In this document: positions 43,582-51,094 of the stretch, one piece after another
Layout of the letters: the number at the start of each line of letters is the position of its first letter
Position numbering within the stretch: position 1 is the stretch's first letter
Virus record (IMG/VR): IMGVR_UViG_3300009597_000017
Coordinates: 1 to 51,094 of that record
Source: a virus
Taxonomy: Duplodnaviria > Caudoviricetes
Reading direction: 5' to 3' (one strand)
Length of the DNA stretch: 51,094 nt
Translations under genes and position numbers: made by a program
Notes under the pieces: model-generated
Seen by the model: the letters and a program-made list of their open reading frames with translations, nothing else
Told to the model about the DNA's origin: nothing
Databases searched by the model: none

Positions 43582-44865
43582 ATGGCAGACCCAACTAGTC
43601 TACAGGATTTGACACCAATCCTGCAGAACGTGTATTTGCCAATCCGTAAGAAAATCTTCCCGATCAACACGGTGTTGCTCGCTCAAGCGCGTAAGCTCGG
43701 TCCCGAGCACGTGACTTACGCTGGCAACGATTTGTTCTTCGACGTGAAGGTTGACCGACGCGGCGGCTTTACTTCCTCGACCATTGGAGCGTTGCCTGAG
43801 TCCAAGGTTGCGAAGGAAAAGCAGGGCCGTCTCTCGGTCGCTCGTACCTACGCCAAGGCACAGGTCGACGGGTTGGCTTTGAAGGCGAATTCAACCACTC
43901 GTGGCTCGTATATTAGCACGGCCAAGAAAATCACCGAAGACATCATGGAGCAGTGGGAGCTTGAGCAGGAGCGAATCCTGCACGGAGACTCTCTCGGCAT
44001 CCGAGCCGTCTCAGCCTCGGGCGTTGCTTCGGCGACGCAAACCGTAATTAGTCCTTATGGAATCACCGGCGCCGGTCCCGGCAACTTGCATCTCGTCGAA
44101 GGAGACACGATCTCGTTCCGCTCGTCGGACGGCGTGACGCTCCGCGGCAAGCGCAAGATTCTCACGATCACACTGGTTGAAGCCACTGGCGTTGCGACGC
44201 TCGTGCTCGACTCGTCGGTCACAACGACGACGGGCGACATCGTGCTCGCGGCCGTTCCAGTCGCGGTCGACGCCAACGACGACTCGTTCGGCGCCGAACC
44301 TCATGGCATCAAGTCGATCATGGACGTTGAAAATGCGTTCGCCACCTTCGAAGGTCTGAACGATCTTCGCTGGTCGGCAGTTAAGAACACATCGACGACC
44401 GTCGACGAGACCATCGTGATGAAGCTGCTCAACACAATCCGCGCGCGTTCTGGCGTTGATTGGCGTAAGTCGCCGCGCAACATGCTGCTCTTGACCACGA
44501 CTGGCATCTGGCAGGCGTATGGAGAATCGCTGCTCGGTCTCCGTCGCTTCTCGGCCCCAACGATGGAACTCAAGGGTGGCTTCACCGGCGTCATGGTTGC
44601 CAATGCTACACTGATTGACGACCCATGGGCGCCGCGTGGTCGGCTCTACGCGATCTACGGCCCCGACACGGTCTTCATTGACCTCATGGACTTCGGCGAA
44701 GTCAGCTTCCAAGACGCGCCGAAATGGCAACGCGCCAACAACTTTGACCGTTGGGAAGCGGTGTTCGCCAGCTATTGGAACTACGGCGTCACAAGCCGTA
44801 TTTCGCAAGGCGTCATCTCGGGTATCACCGACACGGTCAATTACAGTCCTGTTTTTGGTTCTTAA
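43582..44865 (+). CDS. Major capsid protein
   Basis: 427 aa; LPE, ERILHGD, PHGIKSI, TFEGL, LKGGFTG, IDDPWAP patterns of HK97-fold capsids; C-ending codon bias. Confidence 0.8.
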   Translation: MADPTSLQDLTPILQNVYLPIRKKIFPINTVLLAQARKLGPEHVTYAGNDLFFDVKVDRRGGFTSSTIGALPESKVAKEKQGRLSVARTYAKAQVDGLALKANSTTRGSYISTAKKITEDIMEQWELEQERILHGDSLGIRAVSASGVASATQTVISPYGITGAGPGNLHLVEGDTISFRSSDGVTLRGKRKILTITLVEATGVATLVLDSSVTTTTGDIVLAAVPVAVDANDDSFGAEPHGIKSIMDVENAFATFEGLNDLRWSAVKNTSTTVDETIVMKLLNTIRARSGVDWRKSPRNMLLLTTTGIWQAYGESLLGLRRFSAPTMELKGGFTGVMVANATLIDDPWAPRGRLYAIYGPDTVFIDLMDFGEVSFQDAPKWQRANNFDRWEAVFASYWNYGVTSRISQGVISGITDTVNYSPVFGS

Positions 44866-44872
44866 TTGACAG

Positions 44873-45214
44873 TTGACTAAATCTCGTAGCGAACTTCGGC
44901 GGTATTGGCGAACACGAAATCGCGAGTATCGCCGAAGTCATCGCGAAGTTATTCGGAAACTGGAAGCTAAATGGTATGCCAATGCAAAAGCTGCGGCGTA
45001 CGTGCTCCTAGGCGGCCGATGTAAGTGGTGTGGATTCAGCGACGTTCGTGCATTGCAAATCGACCATAAAAAGGCGATTGGAGATGCAAAACGTCGACAG
45101 CAGAATGAGCGCGGTGTCGCATTATACCGCCGCATCCTGAAACGTCCAGAGTTGTATCAATTGCTCTGTGCCAACTGCAACTGGATTAAGCGCGTCGAGA
45201 ACGCGGAACACTAA
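44873..45214 (+). CDS. HNH endonuclease
   Basis: LGGRCKWCG, LQIDH, QLLCANCNWIK. Confidence 0.85.
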   Translation: MTKSRSELRRYWRTRNREYRRSHREVIRKLEAKWYANAKAAAYVLLGGRCKWCGFSDVRALQIDHKKAIGDAKRRQQNERGVALYRRILKRPELYQLLCANCNWIKRVENAEH

Positions 45215-45228
45215 AAGGAACAACAACA

Positions 45229-45708
45229 ATGGCAGACACAATTTTCGGTCGCAATCTTCCTGAAGCGCGGCGCGTTTTGAACGCCGAGTTGGCCGCATTC
45301 CCGGTCAACACCACGTCGATTCAATACGTGCTCGTCCTTCCGGTCGGCGGCGGCAAATTCCGCGTTGAAGCGGTCTATTGGACGGCTTCGGCCGTTCTCA
45401 GCGACGCCGATGGCACTATGCTGATTAACGTCATCAACAGCGATTTGAGCGAAGGCGCCGACGACACACTCGTCGCCTCATTCAGCGTTGAAGGTGGCGT
45501 TGCGCACCGCGTGGCGGCGGCGACTCTGGCTGCCGAAACGTCGGAAAAGGAATTCACGCTCGAAGAAGGCGACAGCCTGCGCGTGACGTTCGTCAACAAC
45601 TCGGCGGCGATTGACACCAACGGCGCGATCAGCGTCTTTGTGGTCGGTTTCCCGCTGCCGTTGCCATATGACCCAACGAGCGGCGTCAAGTACGAGAGCG
45701 GTTACTAA
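45229..45708 (+). CDS. Putative capsid decoration/cement protein
   Basis: 159 aa beta-rich ORF after the capsid gene; AAGGA SD. Confidence 0.55.
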   Translation: MADTIFGRNLPEARRVLNAELAAFPVNTTSIQYVLVLPVGGGKFRVEAVYWTASAVLSDADGTMLINVINSDLSEGADDTLVASFSVEGGVAHRVAAATLAAETSEKEFTLEEGDSLRVTFVNNSAAIDTNGAISVFVVGFPLPLPYDPTSGVKYESGY

Positions 45709-45805
45709 GACTGAGTTGCGCAGTTACGCAACAAATTGCTGGCTGACGTTGTTTTGGCGGATTCCCGTCTAAGCAAAGAGCGCCAGATCGACAAGGAATT
45801 TAAAC

Positions 45806-46030
45806 ATGGCAAAGGCCCATGATCGAGTCGTAGAACTCGTGTTCGTTGCCGACGATTCGGCAGAGACTGTTATTGTCTCGGCCGTAAACTACTACCGTGT
45901 GCGCGGCGACACCGCGTACCCGCTGAAGTTTACCCAATCGTCGCCGAATACGACAGGAACAGAACTCGCCCTAGGCGATTTGCTGCCGCCTCCGACGCAC
46001 ATCGCTTTGACGTTCACCGTCGTGGCGTAA
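45806..46030 (+). CDS. Hypothetical virion protein
   Basis: 74 aa, AAGGA SD. Confidence 0.55.
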   Translation: MAKAHDRVVELVFVADDSAETVIVSAVNYYRVRGDTAYPLKFTQSSPNTTGTELALGDLLPPPTHIALTFTVVA

Positions 46031-46587
46031 TGGTTCTTTACGGAGCCAATGGCTCGGTGGTGCGCTCTCAACGAGCGCGCCCCGAGCCTAATGCGGAGGC
46101 GGAAGAACGCGTTCGCACTATGCTCAAGAGCATGGACGAATTGCTCGACATTAAGTGGTTTCCCTACGCTGTATTCAACCAAAAATACAACGACTACGAA
46201 GGGCGTTATGCGCTGATTTGCAAATGGCCCCAAGGCGACAAACGCTGGTCGTTGTACCAAAGCGGTGAAATCGAAGACCCGTGCGACATGTTCGGTTGGT
46301 TTTGTGACGACATTCACGACGCCGACACAATGCCTGTCTCGCCAGATTCGATTGAGCGCAAAGTCTTAGAACTCCTCGGCAAGTGTGACTCAAACCGCAT
46401 TCCCCACAGCACGCGAATGAAGCAAGCGATGGAGAAAAACGCCGCTCTGCGCAAATCACGCAAGACGGAAATGGCTGACCAAGCCGGCGAGATCGCTCGC
46501 GACTTGCACTACATCAGCGGTCATGTCGAAGACGTGACGCTTAAACGAATCATGAAGGAAATCATTCAAGAGGCTCAGAACAAATGA
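46030..46587 (+). CDS. Hypothetical protein
   Basis: 185 aa coupled ORF. Confidence 0.6.
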   Translation: MVLYGANGSVVRSQRARPEPNAEAEERVRTMLKSMDELLDIKWFPYAVFNQKYNDYEGRYALICKWPQGDKRWSLYQSGEIEDPCDMFGWFCDDIHDADTMPVSPDSIERKVLELLGKCDSNRIPHSTRMKQAMEKNAALRKSRKTEMADQAGEIARDLHYISGHVEDVTLKRIMKEIIQEAQNK

Positions 46588-46928
46588 CTGCTCCAGTCCG
46601 AGAACTCGTACAACTGCCAAACAAGGATTTGTGGCGTGGACGTGCCCAAGACAGCGATTTGCCGCCGGTGCCAGTAATTGCAGCCGCCGACGTTGCCGTT
46701 GTAGCCAATCCCGTCGACAAGGCTATGGCAGCGATTCTCGCATTTTCTGCCGGCGCTCAAGAACTGAGTTGCGTTTGGTGTGGTCTTCAGGGTGACGAGG
46801 CGTTTATGCGCGCGCATTTGAAGAAAGACCATAAATCAGTGGTCGAGCCAGCGGCCGATGCCGCTGTCGCACTTGTTGACGCGCAGATTGCTCGCGACGA
46901 ATTGGCCGCGTTTCAAGCCAAGGAGTAA
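46584..46928 (+). CDS. Hypothetical protein with C2H2-like motif
   Basis: CVWC...HLKKDH. Confidence 0.55.
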   Translation: MTAPVRELVQLPNKDLWRGRAQDSDLPPVPVIAAADVAVVANPVDKAMAAILAFSAGAQELSCVWCGLQGDEAFMRAHLKKDHKSVVEPAADAAVALVDAQIARDELAAFQAKE

Positions 46929-46949
46929 AGCCTCGACGGAGTTGACTAA

Positions 46950-47624
46950 ATGCTGACCAAAGCCCAAGCTCGCATGATGACGCGCGAGTGGCTTGACGAC
47001 CCGAATGCAAAACGCTGGTCGGACGCCCGAATCGACTTGGCCATTCAGTTGGCTCTCGACGATTTGTGGACCGACATGCTTGACATGCAATCGAGTTTGA
47101 CGAGTCAGCTTCATACATTTGTAACTTCAACACTGATCTCGCCGGGCTACATTGATTTGCGCCTAACCACAATGGGCGGTCAGCTTACTCAACGGTTCTA
47201 CCGAGTGCAACGCGTGACTGTCGGCGGGCGTGAATGTCACCCCGTCGACGCTCGCGACGTTTTGATCGAAAACAACGTGGCGATTGTCGGCAGCGACGCT
47301 GGCTACTACGTGCTCGGCGATCAACTCTGGCTATTCCCACTGTCGCGCACCGATCAGGTCGAGTTGCGTTACTCGTTTAAACCAACACCATTCACGGCAA
47401 TGACAGAAGGCATGTATATTCCATTCCCCGAAGGCAGTGATTCAGCGTATGTATTGCTGGCGGCTGCGACGACAATGGCCAAAGGCGGCGCTGAAGACAT
47501 TGGACAACTGATGCAACTCGCCCGAGAGTCTCGCGAACGTTGCATGGCGGCCATTCGCCGACAATACCACGGTGCCACCGTTATGTATGGCACAGATCGT
47601 GGCTCTGACTTTGGAGGCGCGTAA
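46950..47624 (+). CDS. Head-tail adaptor / tail tubular A-like protein
   Basis: LDDP..KRWSD, YYVLGDQLWLFP, LRY, PFPE. Confidence 0.7.
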   Translation: MLTKAQARMMTREWLDDPNAKRWSDARIDLAIQLALDDLWTDMLDMQSSLTSQLHTFVTSTLISPGYIDLRLTTMGGQLTQRFYRVQRVTVGGRECHPVDARDVLIENNVAIVGSDAGYYVLGDQLWLFPLSRTDQVELRYSFKPTPFTAMTEGMYIPFPEGSDSAYVLLAAATTMAKGGAEDIGQLMQLARESRERCMAAIRRQYHGATVMYGTDRGSDFGGA

Positions 47625-49288
47625 TGGCTATTCCTAGCGTAGGCTCTGGCGTTCCAGTCGGCGGTGGCGTGCGTCTTGACGCTGGCATTGGCTCGCCCGA
47701 AGGCGTTGTTGCAGCAAGTGTCGGGTCGATTTGGATTCAAATTGACGGAGCTAACGGCCTAATTGTTTGGCAAAAGTCTTCAGGCTCTGGCAGTACTGGT
47801 TGGACTTTCATTAACGCCGGCACGACGAGTACATTCAATGCTGCTGCGTTCTTGGGCGCGACTAAGGAAGCAAAGATCACGGTAGGATTCGCCGCCGCGG
47901 CGGCAGCCGGCGCCAAATACCTGTTCATCCCACAAAGCATGCTGCCGTATAACGCGGCGAACGTCACGTACAATACTGCCGTTCGCCCAATCCGTGAAGG
48001 CAGCGACCCGTCCGAATTCGACGTTGAAGCCTATGGCGCCGGAGACAACTCAACCGCCGCGACAGCCGCTTCTAACACCCTCGCGATTCAAGCAGCGATT
48101 GACGCGCAGAATGTCAAAAAAGTCGGTTGGGTTCGGCTCATCGGCGCGTACAACTACGCCAACACTCTGAGCTACTACGCGCATACGTGTATTCGCGGAG
48201 GCGGCACTGCGCCAGATGGCGTCGGTGGCAGCGGATTGCTTCAAATGAGCGGCGCGGTTCCAATGATGTTGCCCGCCGTCAACCGTGCAAATGGAATGGT
48301 GTTCGAGGATTTTTACCTCTACGGCGGCGGCAACGCTTCAAACACCGGCGGTCTTGATCTAACCGGCGCGCACGACTTCCACATGACGCGCATTGCGGTG
48401 AGTAGTTGCAAAGTCTACAACATTCGCTGCCTTGGCGGAACGACAGGTGGTGACTCTGGCTTCGGCAACTTTACTGAAGTCGAGAACATCAATGCCGTAG
48501 ATGACTACTGGCTAATCGGAAGCTCGGCAAACGATCAGCCAGATCAGCTTAACTTCTCCAAGTGTCGCACAATCGGCAATACTGCGGCCGGTGCATGGAT
48601 TCACTATAGCTGCACAGGGGCTAAAGCTGGTCCCGGCACAAATTCGTGGCGCGGTTGCAGCTTTGAAGGCGCTCCGTTCCGAGCTATCCTTGTCGACGCG
48701 GCTGGTGCCGGCATTAACTGGTTCTTCGGTTGCCGTTGGGAAACGACGACAACACCGGGATTGACGTTCATCCTCTACGGTTTTGGTGTCCAACCTTTCG
48801 GCATGTTCGTCGGCAACACCTATGCTGTAAATGGTGGAACGTTGACATGGACGGACAACGGGCCGAATTGGCGCACTGCTCGAATCGGTGAAAACGTTCC
48901 GGCGACATTGATTAGCGGACAGATGCTATACCGTTTTGAAGCTATTCAAGACGGACAATACGCACTTGTCTCTGGCGTAACGCCGGCGATTGACACGACG
49001 AAAGGCAACTACTACACACTGGCGATTCTCACGAACATTGCCGTTGTGATCGCTGTCCCACTTAACCCGCCATCGGCAGGGTATAGCCAAGAGATCACAA
49101 TTGCAATTCGCAACTCAAGCGGCGGCGCATTGGCGACAGCGCCAACGTTTAACGGCGGTGCGAATGGATTCAAATTCTCTGCCGTGACAAATCCAGCAAA
49201 CGGAACTCAGGTCTTGTACAAATTCCGTTGGGACTCGGTTCAATCCTTTTGGTACGAAGTCGGTACGCATTTGGCTGCAGGCATCTAA
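47624..49288 (+). CDS. Tailspike/depolymerase (pectin-lyase-like beta-helix)
   Basis: GSPEGVVAA..GS..GW N-terminus; FDVEAYGAGD...NTLAIQAAID. Confidence 0.75.
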   Translation: MAIPSVGSGVPVGGGVRLDAGIGSPEGVVAASVGSIWIQIDGANGLIVWQKSSGSGSTGWTFINAGTTSTFNAAAFLGATKEAKITVGFAAAAAAGAKYLFIPQSMLPYNAANVTYNTAVRPIREGSDPSEFDVEAYGAGDNSTAATAASNTLAIQAAIDAQNVKKVGWVRLIGAYNYANTLSYYAHTCIRGGGTAPDGVGGSGLLQMSGAVPMMLPAVNRANGMVFEDFYLYGGGNASNTGGLDLTGAHDFHMTRIAVSSCKVYNIRCLGGTTGGDSGFGNFTEVENINAVDDYWLIGSSANDQPDQLNFSKCRTIGNTAAGAWIHYSCTGAKAGPGTNSWRGCSFEGAPFRAILVDAAGAGINWFFGCRWETTTTPGLTFILYGFGVQPFGMFVGNTYAVNGGTLTWTDNGPNWRTARIGENVPATLISGQMLYRFEAIQDGQYALVSGVTPAIDTTKGNYYTLAILTNIAVVIAVPLNPPSAGYSQEITIAIRNSSGGALATAPTFNGGANGFKFSAVTNPANGTQVLYKFRWDSVQSFWYEVGTHLAAGI

Positions 49289-49299
49289 GGAGTAGTACA

Positions 49300-49980
49300 A
49301 TGACAGACACCATTAAACTCTCAGGTTCGGGCGCACTCTCGGCCGACGTGCTGCGCACGTTGCTTGACGCAGGAGTAATCATGCCGGGGTATCCGCATAT
49401 CAGCACTGCAGCAATGGCTGCTGCAGGATATACTGACGGCGGCGGTGGAATCATTCCTTACTACCCCGGTTTGGTCGGAAGCGGGCAAAGCACATCGGCG
49501 CGACCAATCGACACGCTTTTTGCCCAACCGTTTATTGTGCAAAGTGCTGGCGTAATCGCGCAAATCGGCGGCACTGTCACAGTCGTGGCTGTTGGGTCGA
49601 CTGTGCGCTATGCCATCTATGCATCAGACCCGAGCAATGCGTATTACCCAACGACATTGCTGTTTGACTCGGGCGAAATCGACTCGGCTGGAGCCACAGG
49701 GTTTAAGAGCGCAAACTGCTCAGTGCCTGTTAAAGCCGGCCAACTGCTTTGGTTGGTATACCGTTGTGCAGTTCTGGCTCCAACGGTTATCACAATGTCA
49801 AACACGATTGGCGCCTCGAATACCGCGCTGCCTATTCTCGGCTACTTCCAAACAGCGACAGGTGCCGCTGCGTTTAACGGAATCACCAAAGCGTCGAGTG
49901 GTGCATTGCTCGCTACATTCCCTGCGGCTGCGCAATTGTCAAGCGGAGCAACCGTGCAAGTTATGGTGCGATACGCCTAA
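49300..49980 (+). CDS. Tail fibre-associated protein
   Basis: VRYAIY...PTTLLFDSG motif; AAGGAG SD. Confidence 0.6.
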   Translation: MTDTIKLSGSGALSADVLRTLLDAGVIMPGYPHISTAAMAAAGYTDGGGGIIPYYPGLVGSGQSTSARPIDTLFAQPFIVQSAGVIAQIGGTVTVVAVGSTVRYAIYASDPSNAYYPTTLLFDSGEIDSAGATGFKSANCSVPVKAGQLLWLVYRCAVLAPTVITMSNTIGASNTALPILGYFQTATGAAAFNGITKASSGALLATFPAAAQLSSGATVQVMVRYA

Positions 49981-51094
49981 ATGCCAATTCCCCAAGTCCC
50001 ATCGCCGCTGACTTCAATCTTGGCTGCTGGAACCTATGATTCAATGTGGTTCCCCGGCAACACGATTGAAGAACAGATTCAAAACGCCATCAACGCTGCT
50101 GCGGCTGATGGTGCGCCGCGCGTTTTGGTTCATTCGCCATATAGCGCCACTCTTATTTCGTTTAATGCCAATGTACAAATGGTGCGTGAAGGCGGCGATT
50201 GGAGCGACTTTGACGTAGAAGCATATGGCGCCACTGGCGACGCTGTGACGGTCGACGCTGTAGCGATTAAAGCGGCAATCACTGCTGCAACGCTGTTTGG
50301 TGGAGGCGATGTTACATTCCCATCGCCAACATACAATCTAGGAAATCGCTCAGGCGGTGAGACAATTTTCGACACTGGCAGTATTAGCAACATTCGATTT
50401 ATTGGTCCGACTACATTACTCGTCAATACGACCGACCAATCGGTCACGCAAATCTTTTATGTTGCTAACCCGCAAAACGTCGAATGGCGTAACATCTACT
50501 TCCGCGACACTGGCACAAGCCTGAGTGTAGATTGGAAGGGGTCAGACTGCATTCGTTGTTACGGCACCGGCGCGGTCGCGACATACAACGGAGTCCGAAT
50601 CATCGGTTGCCGTGCTGACAATGTCGTCAGCTTTGTAATCTTCGGCAACACGCTCGACACCGACGCTCGAATTCGGGACATTCGCGTCGAAGACTGCATT
50701 ATTCGCAATTCGTACTACGGCGTTGTCTGCCAAGAAAATGGTGATGGCCTCCGCGGAAATTGGCGCTGTGAGAATGTCCGGCGCGCATATTTCCCATACG
50801 GCGTGACGGACCACTCGGTTGAAATCTCAATCACGCACGACGGCGTAGCCCTTGGGGCGAATAGCGCTTGTCTTATTAAGCGCTACAAACGAGATACTAA
50901 GAATATCAGTGTCAAACTCCGTTTCTACGGCAGCGTAGTGCAATACGGGACAGGTATTACTCTTGAGCATCAGCCAATTGCAAATGCTCCGAGCACTATT
51001 GAAGACATTGACATCGACTTGCATATCAGCGAGAACATTGTCAACAACAACTCAATGGTCCCGTTCCGATTTCGGTCGTACACAGATGTCGGCG
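49981..51094 (+). CDS. Second tailspike (beta-helix), 3'-truncated and absent from the ORF track
   Basis: MPIPQVPSP...VREGGDWSDFDVEAYGATGD...AIKAAI...GGGDVTFP; appears open to the window end. Confidence 0.75.
   Translation, partial: MPIPQVPSPLTSILAAGTYDSMWFPGNTIEEQIQNAINAAAADGAPRVLVHSPYSATLISFNANVQMVREGGDWSDFDVEAYGATGDAVTVDAVAIKAAITAATLFGGGDVTFPSPTYNLGNRSGGETIFDTGSISNIRFIGPTTLLVNTTDQSVTQIFYVANPQNVEWRNIYFRDTGTSLSVDWKGSDCIRCYGTGAVATYNGVRIIGCRADNVVSFVIFGNTLDTDARIRDIRVEDCIIRNSYYGVVCQENGDGLRGNWRCENVRRAYFPYGVTDHSVEISITHDGVALGANSACLIKRYKRDTKNISVKLRFYGSVVQYGTGITLEHQPIANAPSTIEDIDIDLHISENIVNNNSMVPFRFRSYTDVG

Noticed and set aside
44011-44808. Long antisense ORFs (also 10701-11459, 22635-23402)
   Set aside because: Shadows of well-supported genes on the opposite strand
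239-50256. Frequent GTCGAC as a second iterated palindrome
   Set aside because: Looks common but is plausibly explained by GC content and Val-Asp/Ser-Thr codon pairs; needs a codon-aware count
1-51094. Stop-codon reassignment
   Set aside because: Genes are intact and tightly packed in code 11, and no suppressor anticodon was found

Overview
A large fragment of a tailed dsDNA bacteriophage genome, probably podovirus-like, with no integrase seen and both window ends falling inside virion genes. The plus strand carries tail and ejection genes (1-6029) and capsid, neck and tailspike genes (43582-end). The minus strand carries lysis, scaffold, portal and terminase genes (6.5-16.8 kb), a replication and nucleotide module with a UDG-fused family A polymerase (16.8-27 kb), small early genes (27-35 kb), an OmpA plus ice-binding-protein cassette, and a ~6 kb RNA region. 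I read 32 CCA-less tRNA genes covering all 20 amino acids. Inside the array (38461-38692, minus) is a 232-nt RNA with the conserved catalytic core of RNase P but almost no specificity domain, and about ten other spacers fold into closed small RNAs. Other signals are at least 22 copies of the palindrome GTTTAAAC, four TTGAC-N7-TAnnnT promoter-like motifs, and a small RNA with CCUCCUCCC loops. All calls are by eye and no searches were run.
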